DNA from: a virus
UHGV virus genome: UHGV-0312576
Reading direction: 5' to 3' (one strand)
DNA length: 64,000 bases
The position numbers and the translations under genes are program-made. Shown here in pieces: positions 18,502 to 26,318 of this stretch (the first letter of the stretch is position 1; each line of letters opens with the position of its first letter). Below the pieces are notes generated by a model that did no database searches, was not told where the DNA came from, and saw only the letters and a list, made by a program, of their open reading frames with translations.

Positions 18502-18514
18502 TCGGTTTCGTGTG
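18502..18514 (+). repeat. Second exact copy of TCGGTTTCGTGTG immediately before the SD AAAGGAGAG.
   Basis: Exact 13-mer repeat. Confidence 0.5.
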
Positions 18515-18530
18515 GAAAGGAGAGAATCAG

Positions 18531-18911
18531 TTGCAGTTAGATAAAATAACAGAGGATAAGATTAGAGAACAATTTCGTTCATATGAATTTCAAAATTTTA
18601 TGTTTGAAATGCTTGTTGGCAACTCAAGGGACGAAAATGGAGAATTATTTAAACATGTGTATAATTGCGAATTAGAGGAGACAGAAAACGAATTAATATA
18701 TTTAATTGAATCGCATGTCAATCACAATATTTTACTAAATAGAAATACAATTATCTCGTTTATATTGAGACATGTTGTGACTGAGCTATTTAACAGTGAT
18801 TTGAATTGTAATCATATTAAATTCTTTGCTTTATGTAATCAGCTTTATTATATGGTGTTTAAAGAAATACAAAAGTACTATAAACCTTTCATGCTTAAGG
18901 AGAATATATAA
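18531..18911 (+). CDS. Hypothetical protein (126 aa, TTG start; the track has a GTG start at 18510 inside the conserved motif).
   Basis: RBS AAAGGAGAG 6 nt before TTG 18531. Confidence 0.4.
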   Translation: MQLDKITEDKIREQFRSYEFQNFMFEMLVGNSRDENGELFKHVYNCELEETENELIYLIESHVNHNILLNRNTIISFILRHVVTELFNSDLNCNHIKFFALCNQLYYMVFKEIQKYYKPFMLKENI

Positions 18912-19691
18912 ATGGCAATTATAGGAGCAATTTTAGGTGACATAGCTGGTTCCAGATGGGAGTTTCGTAGACCGAAAGGTTTAGACTGGGAACACATTGA
19001 TTTATTTACAGATGATTGTTTCCTCACGGACGATACGGTTTTGACCGTAGCAACAAAATATGCTTTGCAGAATAATGTTTCATTCAAAGAAGCGTACCAC
19101 AAGTTTGGAAATAAATATCCAAATTGCAGTTACGGCTGTGGCTTCGAGTCCTGGTTGGGGTCTAAGTGGAGCAAGCCGTACAATAGTTTTGGTAATGGTG
19201 CTGCTATGAGAGTATCACCTGTTGTAGACTTATGTGAGTCACGATTAGAGGTAAGTTACGTTTCTAAAGAAAGTGCATTATGTACTCATAATCATCCAGA
19301 GGGAATTAAAGGAGCCAAGGTTACGGCAACGTGTGCCTGGATGGCAAAGAGAGGCGCATCGAAGAAAGAAATTGAAGAATATGCCTGTAGAAAATATCCG
19401 TCTGATGAGTATATGTTTCCGGTGTCGATGTCTTTAAAAGAATTAAGAGAAAAATATAGATGGAACGAAACTTGCCAAGGAAGTGTGCCAGTAGCAATCA
19501 GATGTTTTCTGGATAGTGAGGATTATGAGAGCTTCATCAGAAATGTGTTGAGTCTGCCATGTGATACCGATACATTGTGTGCTATTGGTGGAGGTATTGC
19601 TGAAGAATTTTATCATGGGACAGGCTTTAATGCGGACAAGTTGATGAGAGAATACTTGGATGAATATTTATATGAAATTGTGAAAGCGTAA
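18912..19691 (+). CDS. ADP-ribosylglycohydrolase (ARH / DraG family).
   Basis: N-terminal GAILGDIAGSRWEF (G..lGDa.G...EF). C-terminal metal-binding DTDTLCAIGGGIAEEFYHG (the GGDTDT...AG..G motif). Confidence 0.75.
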   Translation: MAIIGAILGDIAGSRWEFRRPKGLDWEHIDLFTDDCFLTDDTVLTVATKYALQNNVSFKEAYHKFGNKYPNCSYGCGFESWLGSKWSKPYNSFGNGAAMRVSPVVDLCESRLEVSYVSKESALCTHNHPEGIKGAKVTATCAWMAKRGASKKEIEEYACRKYPSDEYMFPVSMSLKELREKYRWNETCQGSVPVAIRCFLDSEDYESFIRNVLSLPCDTDTLCAIGGGIAEEFYHGTGFNADKLMREYLDEYLYEIVKA

Positions 19692-19707
19692 AGGAGAATA
19701 AGAAACT

Positions 19708-19983
19708 ATGAAGAAGAAAATATTAAATCTTTTATTAATGGGAATGATGCTGATGACCTTACTTACAGGTTGTCAAAGTGTAGCAAAGTCTATGGGCGGT
19801 TCCATGACACTGAAATTGGAATCAAATCAAAAGTTAGAGGAGATTACATGGAAAGATGATTCTCTTTGGTATTTGACCAGGCCGATGACGGAGAATGATA
19901 TTGCAGAGACTCATACATTTCAACAATCTACTGATTTTGGGGTGTTTGAGGGTACAGTTACCATTGTAGAGACAAAGGAGTAA
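19708..19983 (+). CDS. Lipoprotein (91 aa; lipobox LLTGC).
   Basis: MKKKILNLLLMGMMLMTLLTGCQS signal peptide. Confidence 0.55.
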   Translation: MKKKILNLLLMGMMLMTLLTGCQSVAKSMGGSMTLKLESNQKLEEITWKDDSLWYLTRPMTENDIAETHTFQQSTDFGVFEGTVTIVETKE

Positions 19984-19992
19984 GAAGGGAAT

Positions 19993-20298
19993 ACATATAC
20001 GAAGAAGTTATTTATCAGTCAGCCAATGAACGGCAAAACAGACGAATAAATTTTATCAGAAAGAGAAATTGCTATTACAAAAGCAAAGGAATTTGTTGGT
20101 GAAGAAGTAGAAATAATTGATACATTTTATACGAATTTTTCTTCAGACGCAAAACCCCTTGAATATCTGGCTAGAAGTATTGCTGATTTAGCAAAAGCGG
20201 ATGTAGCATATTTTGCAAAAGGTTGGGATGAGAAGCGTGGCTGCAAGATTGAATATGAGTGTGCTACTCAATATGGAATTGCTACTATTACGGATTAG
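19993..20298 (+). pseudogene. DUF4406 (nucleoside 2-deoxyribosyltransferase-like) gene interrupted by an in-frame TAA at 20047-20049.
   Basis: KKLFISQPMNGKTDE-stop-ILSEREIAITKAKEF...GWDEKRGCKIEYECATQYGIATI all lie in a single frame. There is no canonical start upstream of the stop. Confidence 0.5.
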
Positions 20299-20306
20299 GA
20301 GAAAAT

Positions 20307-20567
20307 ATGAAAGTTGATATTTCAAAGAAAATTATTACTTTAGATAATCAAAAACTATCTGATGAAATTGAGAAATATGAGTGTATTAGCAATCAGACAG
20401 CGTACTTATTTATGAGTCAGAACACAATGAAAGCGTTGACTGATTTAATAGCAACGAGAATTCCATTTATGGAAATTAATACAGATGATTGTATTCTTGC
20501 TAAATATAAGGAAAGAAAAGTATTTCAGAACGATGAGCTGGAATTTGGTGAAATAGAAATCCGATAA
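20307..20567 (+). CDS. Small phage protein, paralog of 17632-17883.
   Basis: MKVDISKK..., KYECISNQTAYLFMSQNTM, LEFGEIEIR. RBS GGAGAAAAT then ATG. Confidence 0.5.
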   Translation: MKVDISKKIITLDNQKLSDEIEKYECISNQTAYLFMSQNTMKALTDLIATRIPFMEINTDDCILAKYKERKVFQNDELEFGEIEIR

Positions 20568-20670
20568 AACTTCGATTTCCTGTGAAAAATTGGAGAATAA
20601 AATAATGTAACAAGGTAGTAATACCTAAAATATAAAATTCAAAATCAAAGATTAAAAGGAGAAAATAACT

Positions 20671-21312
20671 ATGACGACAGAAAAAATGACGGTACATAAA
20701 GCCCTGGCAGAACTGAAAATTATTGATGACAGAATTATTTCTGCAATTAACGGAGGAACATACTGTGTAGCAAATAAGCACTCTAACGAAAAAATTAAAG
20801 GTGTTTCAGTTGACGAATACAAAGGTGTAATACAAGGCTACTACGACAAAGCAACAGATTTAATTAGGCGTAGAAACGCAATTAAGAGAGCGGTTGTTTT
20901 ATCAAATTCTACAACAAAAGTTTCTATAAATGGAGAAGAATACACAAGAGCCGAAGCTATTGAAATGAAGAATCACGGTGTAGAGTTTGATGAGAGAATG
21001 CTTGAAATGCTTAATAAACAGTATAACAAGGCACAGGCAGAAATTCTCAAACAAAACGGCGATGACCTTGAAAAGCGGGCAGAGCAGTACGTTATTGGAA
21101 TTTATGGTTCTAAAGAAGGAAAAACCAACACAGATGATTTTGAGAAAACCAAAAAGGATTTTATGACGGCTAATGCCTTTGAACTGGTAGATCCGATTAA
21201 AATTCTGGACAAAATTAATGCCCTCGAAGATAAAATTGCCTCTTTCAAGGCTGAGGTTGACGCAGCATTGTCGGTCAGTAATGCAATTACTGAAATAGAG
21301 ATTAGCTATTAG
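20671..21312 (+). CDS. Hypothetical protein (213 aa), helical.
   Basis: RBS AAAGGAGAAAATAACT then ATG. Confidence 0.5.
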   Translation: MTTEKMTVHKALAELKIIDDRIISAINGGTYCVANKHSNEKIKGVSVDEYKGVIQGYYDKATDLIRRRNAIKRAVVLSNSTTKVSINGEEYTRAEAIEMKNHGVEFDERMLEMLNKQYNKAQAEILKQNGDDLEKRAEQYVIGIYGSKEGKTNTDDFEKTKKDFMTANAFELVDPIKILDKINALEDKIASFKAEVDAALSVSNAITEIEISY

Positions 21313-21589
21313 CGAATAGTTAATTAAGATTATTCACTGTTTACTGAAAACTTAAAACTACAACTCATTAGACTTTTGCAGATATAGTCTCATGTAAAGC
21401 GAAAAAGAAATCTGTAAATATAATGCAAATATTATCAAATGAAATTAAAATCTATGATAAATATTTGTATAATTTCACAAGTAAAACAGTACATATAACT
21501 TGGCATAAAATGGTGCGACCATTAGCTAAGTACATGTAAGTATTATGAAATTATACTACTATACTATAAATTATTGCTTCCAGATGCGA

Positions 21590-21720
21590 GAAGCGTGTAC
21601 TGTAAAGCTTAAAGTTATAAGGCTCAAAAAGTAAAGCTGAAAATTCAAAGTTTAAATCATGAGTCAAAGTTGAAATAGTAAATAGTAAAGATATAAAGTT
21701 TTATCAAATCCTTGATATAC
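21590..21720. repeat. AT-rich intergenic region with repeated (A/C)AAAGTT / TAAAG units; candidate iteron or origin-like element.
   Basis: tcaaagtt, gtcaaagtt, ataaagtt, taaagctt and aaagtaaag spaced about 10-15 bp apart. No ORF across roughly 480 bp. Confidence 0.3.
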
Positions 21721-21791
21721 AGTTTAGCATAGTTGTACTTGGCTATAAGCATCTGCAAGGCTGGTAAATAGTGAGTAATCTATAAAAATAA

Positions 21792-21865
21792 TGGGCATTC
21801 GCCAAGCGGTTAAGGCACAGGACTTTGACTCCTGCATTACGTTGGTTCGAATCCAACATGCCCAG
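21792..21865 (+). tRNA. tRNA-Gln (anticodon TTG).
   Basis: Cloverleaf folded by hand. Acceptor TGGGCAT/ATGCCCA with the U1-A72 pair typical of bacterial tRNA-Gln. Anticodon loop CTTTGAC. T-arm GTTGG-TTCGAAT-CCAAC. Confidence 0.8.
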
Positions 21866-21870
21866 TTCTC

Positions 21871-21930
21871 ACCATAGTTAGTCCCATTAGCTAACACAGC
21901 TAAACCGCCAGGGACGGCGGTGGCTATGGT
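21871..21930 (+). other. Degenerate tRNA-like element: 7-bp acceptor-like stem ACCATAG/CTATGGT, anticodon-like hairpin TTAGC-TAACACA-GCTAA, no D-arm, non-canonical T-loop.
   Basis: Folded by hand. Lies between the two tRNAs. Confidence 0.25.
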
Positions 21931-21937
21931 GATACCA

Positions 21938-22011
21938 GGATCATTAGCTCAGTTGGTCAGAGCATCCGGCTCATAACCGGACGGTCATCTGTTCGAGTCA
22001 GATATGATCCA
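21938..22011 (+). tRNA. tRNA-Met (anticodon CAT), elongator type or tRNA-Ile2 (lysidine).
   Basis: Acceptor GGATCAT/ATGATCC. D-arm GCTC-AGTTGGTCA-GAGC. Anticodon arm TCCGG-CTCATAA-CCGGA. T-arm ATCTG-TTCGAGT-CAGAT. Confidence 0.85.
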
Positions 22012-22013
22012 TA

Positions 22014-22088
22014 AGGCCGGTTCGACTCCGGCTCAATAGCAGAGGGCATGGTGCGACGGGGTGATGGTTCGACTCCATCTGATTTGTC
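22014..22088 (+). other. Two tRNA 3'-end fragments (T-arm plus acceptor strand without 5' halves): GCCGG-TTCGACT-CCGGC-TCAATAGCA and GATGG-TTCGACT-CCATC-TGATTTGTC.
   Basis: GGTTCGACTCC T-loop motifs read directly. No complementary 5' acceptor strand found within 90 nt upstream of either. Confidence 0.4.
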
Positions 22089-22397
22089 TTTCAGAAGTGA
22101 CGTGTCTGGGAGTAACCTGGGTAGGACAAGACTCATCCGCATGGTAAGGTGGATGTAAAACTGTCAAAGATTCCAGTTCAAAAGAGAATAAAATGAGGGA
22201 GGTATTATGTTTATATAAGGAGTTTATAATGTTTATACAGCCGACGATGAAGATCCAAAATGTATAAGATGTGACAACGTTAATAATGATACTATTTGTA
22301 TCACTCGCTGTGGTGAAAAACATGGATGGAATGGATATGAGAGAAGAGAATCAATAATGCAGAAGAATAAAAGATAAATGTTTGCTTTCCTAGGGAG

Positions 22398-22664
22398 GTG
22401 AGTGTAATAGATAAAACAGAAATAAGATCAGAGATAATTAAACGGAGAATACATTATTTCTACTGTGATAATTGCGGTGAATATCTGGGCGCTGTTGAAG
22501 AATGTGATGATGGATATTACCATAGTCCAGGAGAATATAATTTGCCTATTCGTGTGGATAGTGTATGGTTTAGATATAATCAGCAATTGTGCGAAGAATG
22601 TAGAAAACAATTTATTGATACATTGAAAAATACATTGATTAATTTGGGATTTAAACCGGAATAA
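22398..22664 (+). CDS. Zinc-ribbon hypothetical protein (88 aa).
   Basis: CDNCG...C..C..CEEC. Confidence 0.4.
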   Translation: MSVIDKTEIRSEIIKRRIHYFYCDNCGEYLGAVEECDDGYYHSPGEYNLPIRVDSVWFRYNQQLCEECRKQFIDTLKNTLINLGFKPE

Positions 22665-22704
22665 ACCCACGTTTCATAGGAGGTGATTTAATATAGCGAA
22701 GGAT

Positions 22705-22998
22705 TTGATTAGTAGAAAAGAGCTGTTGAAAAAAGTTACTATTGATTGTAATGGGAAAAGAATCCCAGAAACAGATATTGACAATTTTCCTATTACATTA
22801 ACCATCAGAGAAATTAAGGATTTGATTAGAAAAGAACCTTTGGCTTATGATGTGGATAAAGTTATAGGACAGTTAGAGGAATGTAAGTCAATTATGTTAA
22901 GCCCAACAACAATGGATTGTTTTGGAACAAACTGTGAGCATAATGACTGTCTTGCATGTGTATTTGAAAAGGCAATCGAGATTGTAAAAAATGGTTAA
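22705..22998 (+). CDS. Hypothetical protein (97 aa, TTG start).
   Basis: RBS TAGGAGGTGATTTAAT upstream. A variant of the intercistronic motif precedes it. Confidence 0.4.
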   Translation: MISRKELLKKVTIDCNGKRIPETDIDNFPITLTIREIKDLIRKEPLAYDVDKVIGQLEECKSIMLSPTTMDCFGTNCEHNDCLACVFEKAIEIVKNG

Positions 22999-23019
22999 TA
23001 AAATGAGGGTGAAAAAATA

Positions 23020-23175
23020 ATGTGGAATAGTGCTAAAAAAGAACCATTCGTAGACGATGTATATACTTGTATAGTCGAGTTTTATAAGGAACCATTTGAT
23101 GTCCAGATTGTAGACTGCGAATATTACGGCGAGTGGAAAATTAATGAAACATGGAATCTTCTTTTGTGGAAGTGA
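23020..23175 (+). CDS. Small hypothetical protein (51 aa).
   Basis: RBS GAGGGTGAAAAAATA then ATG. Confidence 0.3.
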   Translation: MWNSAKKEPFVDDVYTCIVEFYKEPFDVQIVDCEYYGEWKINETWNLLLWK

Positions 23176-23266
23176 AAGATGTTGGAGTAAAAAAAGTTGG
23201 GAGAGAGGAGAATAGTAGAATAGAGGTGAATACATCATTAGTAAAGAACTAAAATATCCAAAAGAT

Positions 23267-23521
23267 ATGTATACAGACTGTGGATTATATGATGGTGATA
23301 TGGATAGCGAAGAAATTTCTTGTTATAAAGAGAAGTTAGTAAAGTGTAGAAAGCCACACAAATGTAATGCTTGTGATAAAGATATTCCTATAGGTGATTA
23401 TGCACTTAATGAGTCGGGATTTATGGATGACCATGCAATATCCTGTTATACCTGTACAGATTGTATTGAGGACTGGTTGGAAGAATCTGGACAGGTAGAT
23501 ACAGAAGATGATGGAGAATAG
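23267..23521 (+). CDS. Cys-rich hypothetical protein (84 aa).
   Basis: CxxC, CNAC and CTDC pairs. Confidence 0.4.
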   Translation: MYTDCGLYDGDMDSEEISCYKEKLVKCRKPHKCNACDKDIPIGDYALNESGFMDDHAISCYTCTDCIEDWLEESGQVDTEDDGE

Positions 23522-23589
23522 CGATTGAAAATCTTATTTCAAATCGATAATTAAAAAAATATTATACATAAAAAGGAGAATATAACACT

Positions 23590-23913
23590 ATGGAGAAAAT
23601 TTTAGAATTGTTAGCAAGTAACCCGGAGTTAGTTATGCCAGTGGTAAGAGAGTACATTGCCAAGTATAAGCCTATGGCTTATGAACTGGCTCATGAAGTG
23701 ATGGAGATTTATAAGGACTATGCAAATAACACAGAGTACCCTTCTGTAATTGCAAAGACAAAGAAGAATCTCTACGATGCATATGTGGAAGTTGGATTTA
23801 CTGGCGACCAGGCATTAGCACTCATGATTAATGATAATATTCAGCTTCTGAAGAATCTTAAACAAATCTCTACTAATAACAGCAAATCTACTAAGAAATC
23901 ACAGACTTTTTAA
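23590..23913 (+). CDS. Hypothetical protein (107 aa).
   Basis: RBS AAAAGGAGAATATAACACT then ATG. Confidence 0.45.
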   Translation: MEKILELLASNPELVMPVVREYIAKYKPMAYELAHEVMEIYKDYANNTEYPSVIAKTKKNLYDAYVEVGFTGDQALALMINDNIQLLKNLKQISTNNSKSTKKSQTF

Positions 23914-23958
23914 CTGAAATAAAATTCCTATTTTATGTGATTATGTGAGGTGAAAACA

Positions 23959-24114
23959 ATGGAAGATTTACCGCTAACGTGTGACTGTGGCTCCGAAAGT
24001 ACAATACATAAAAATCCTTATTACGATGAGATTGGAGAAGTGGAGTATGATTTACACTGCGCAAAGTGTGATAAGTATTTAGGGCACTTTGTATATGGGT
24101 GTTGGGAATATTAA
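23959..24114 (+). CDS. Tiny zinc-ribbon protein (51 aa).
   Basis: RBS GAGGTGAAAACA then ATG. CDCG...CAKCD. Confidence 0.35.
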   Translation: MEDLPLTCDCGSESTIHKNPYYDEIGEVEYDLHCAKCDKYLGHFVYGCWEY

Positions 24115-24124
24115 TTGAGAAAGG

Positions 24125-24484
24125 GTGAGAAAAATAAGAACAGAACTACCATGTTTACCACTTATCCAAGAGAGATTTTGGAATGAGGTAAAAAATAAAG
24201 AAGAATATGGGAGAGGTAATTGTTGTTGGCCAGAGTTTGAATTCTATATGTTTCCTCAAGTATGGGGAGATACATCATTAGGCTTCGGCGGCATTGGTGG
24301 TCAGGCTATGACATCTGCCTATACAACGGTCATAGTTGATAACTGTACTGGCTGGTGTGGAGTGTTTTTTGGAGAAAGACTGGCATATACAATTCTAAAT
24401 CCTAATCAGGCGTTTTATGATGATTTACATAATGGTCGGATGGAGAGTGTTAGTAAATCGGGGAAATATTTGAGGAAAGAGTGA
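24125..24484 (+). CDS. Hypothetical protein (119 aa).
   Basis: ORF. RBS AGAAAGGGTGAG. Confidence 0.4.
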   Translation: MRKIRTELPCLPLIQERFWNEVKNKEEYGRGNCCWPEFEFYMFPQVWGDTSLGFGGIGGQAMTSAYTTVIVDNCTGWCGVFFGERLAYTILNPNQAFYDDLHNGRMESVSKSGKYLRKE

Positions 24485-24692
24485 GGTAAAAATTTGGGAT
24501 TAATTTGTAAGCCGATTGGCAATTTCGCAAGCGTAATGAGAAGAATGGAGAATAAGTTAGCAGCGGAGAAGATAGAGAATAAGGTAAAGAATGAACGCAA
24601 GAGAACAAAAGAATTGGGTGCAGTCTAATTCTATCAAAATAGAAATACAGCAATAGCTGTACAAAATATAAATTAAAAAGGAGATCATTATT

Positions 24693-25667
24693 ATGACAGA
24701 CATTAACGCAAAGAGCACAAAGGCAGAAATCATGGAGGCTTATATGGCCCAGAAGAAGCAACTTGATAAGTTGATGGCAGCAAAGGACGATCCGGTTGCC
24801 CAGGAGAAATTAAAAAAGCAGAAGCTGACTCTTGATTCGGCAGCGGAGATTGCGGGTGCGGGTATTCTGAATGATTCAATTGTTAAGCAGTACAATGACA
24901 TCTGTGAGGCAGTTGATATTAAAAAGGCAGAATTATGCGAATTATATGATATTGAAACAGAGTTGAACACACTTGTTGCCCTGGTAAACGCGCATAAAGA
25001 CAAGGCTCATGAGTTGGATGAACAGTATAAGCTGGTTAAAGCTGAAGCAGAGAAAAATCTTCAGGACACAAAGGCCGCTATTAAAGATGAGATTGATGCT
25101 CTCAACAAAGAAAAGGCTGAAGCACTGGCCATAATTAGAAAAGAAGCCGCAGATTTAAAAGCACAGTTAAAACAGGAACGGCAGCGTGAAGAAGAGGAAT
25201 ATACATATAATCGTGATAGAGCAAGAAAGATTGCCGAAGACAAATGGGCAGATGAAGAAGCTGTGAAGCGTAAAGAGTTGGAAGCGTGGAATAATTCTAT
25301 TGAAGAAAGAGAATTATCTGTTATTGCACAGGAGAACCACATTGGTGACCTTGAGCAGAAGGTAGCTGAAATCCCTTCGTTGATTGAATCTGCAACAACT
25401 GAAGGCTATGAGAAGGGGAAGTCCGATGCCGGGAAGTCTTGGGGTTTTGAAAAGAGGGCTATCGAGCAGAAGAATGAATATGAGCAGAAAGCGCTGCATG
25501 ATAAGGTAGAACGTCTTGAGACGGATTTATCAGATGCTAAGAATACTATTGTTACATTACAGAATAAGCTGGATTCAGCTTATGCTCAGATGAGAGAACT
25601 TGCTACTGACACTGTTAAGAGTAATGGCGGAGTGAAGATTTTGGACAGGGAGACTTCCGGGAAGTAA
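24693..25667 (+). CDS. Coiled-coil protein (324 aa).
   Basis: Long heptad-rich K/E segments. RBS AAAAGGAGATCATTATT then ATG. Confidence 0.5.
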   Translation: MTDINAKSTKAEIMEAYMAQKKQLDKLMAAKDDPVAQEKLKKQKLTLDSAAEIAGAGILNDSIVKQYNDICEAVDIKKAELCELYDIETELNTLVALVNAHKDKAHELDEQYKLVKAEAEKNLQDTKAAIKDEIDALNKEKAEALAIIRKEAADLKAQLKQERQREEEEYTYNRDRARKIAEDKWADEEAVKRKELEAWNNSIEERELSVIAQENHIGDLEQKVAEIPSLIESATTEGYEKGKSDAGKSWGFEKRAIEQKNEYEQKALHDKVERLETDLSDAKNTIVTLQNKLDSAYAQMRELATDTVKSNGGVKILDRETSGK

Positions 25668-25675
25668 GGTGCTAA

Positions 25676-26017
25676 ATGGATTTATCAAGAGATTTTATAC
25701 AATATGAGATAGACAATCCGCATAATGTAGCTTTTAAAAGTTTAGTGAGTTATGAAAACAGAGAAGATACCATTGAAGGATTTAGGAAGCTGCTTGATGG
25801 TACTGGTGGAGGTTGGATTTTGTGCAAAGACAACCTGCCAGACGATGGTGTAGAGGTTTTGTTTAAAGCAAAACTTGATGGGAGGAAGTATGTGGGACAT
25901 AAGCATACACATATTTACCATGATGGAGAAAAACGGATTGAGTATCATTATTTAACGGTTAGGGGAAGTACACGAATTGGGTTGAAACCTATTGCATGGA
26001 TGCCGCTACCAGAATAG
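25676..26017 (+). CDS. DUF551-family phage protein.
   Basis: C-terminal WMPLPE ending preceded by GGWILCKDNLPDDGVEVLF, characteristic of DUF551. Confidence 0.5.
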   Translation: MDLSRDFIQYEIDNPHNVAFKSLVSYENREDTIEGFRKLLDGTGGGWILCKDNLPDDGVEVLFKAKLDGRKYVGHKHTHIYHDGEKRIEYHYLTVRGSTRIGLKPIAWMPLPE

Positions 26018-26130
26018 TTTAATTAATTTCTTATTCAATGGTCATTTCTGACCGAGTTTCCACAAATAAAAACAATTGAACAGAGAATATTTGTTTAGGC
26101 AAGATACAGCCTGCCTATGGTGTATTTATG

Positions 26131-26178
26131 CAACTATATATAGATGAGACGGTGCCTGGTGCATACTATATATAGTTG
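26131..26178. promoter_or_regulatory. Pair of inverted CAACTATATATAG / CTATATATAGTTG palindromic boxes about 22 bp apart, upstream of the replication-module operon.
   Basis: Read directly. The same CTATATATAG box pair recurs at 40243-40288. Confidence 0.4.
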
Positions 26179-26318
26179 TTAAATCGCCATGAAAGAGCTG
26201 TTTCATCATAGATTTTCATATAGAGTGACTTTCTATGTTCCAGTCTGCGAAGGCTGTTGATGTTATATAAGATGTAAAAATATATGAATAATTTTATTTA
26301 CAGGAGGACATTCAATTA

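Noticed and set aside
21313-21790. Possible CRISPR array in the AT-rich repeat region.
   Set aside because: Repeats are short (5-8 bp), irregularly spaced and AT-only. There are no 25-40 bp direct repeats with unique spacers and no cas genes.
22014-22090. tmRNA (ssrA) at the GGTTCGACTCC fragments.
   Set aside because: The GGTTCGACTCC T-loop also occurs in tmRNA 3' ends. No tmRNA-like 5' acceptor/D-analog segment or tag-peptide ORF could be found within several hundred bp, so they are treated as tRNA 3' fragments.
21957-22323. Minus-strand ORFs 21957-22142 and 22033-22323 from the six-frame track.
   Set aside because: They overlap the tRNA-Met gene and the tRNA fragments. The translations are low-complexity and no RBS is present. 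The region is RNA-coding or intergenic.
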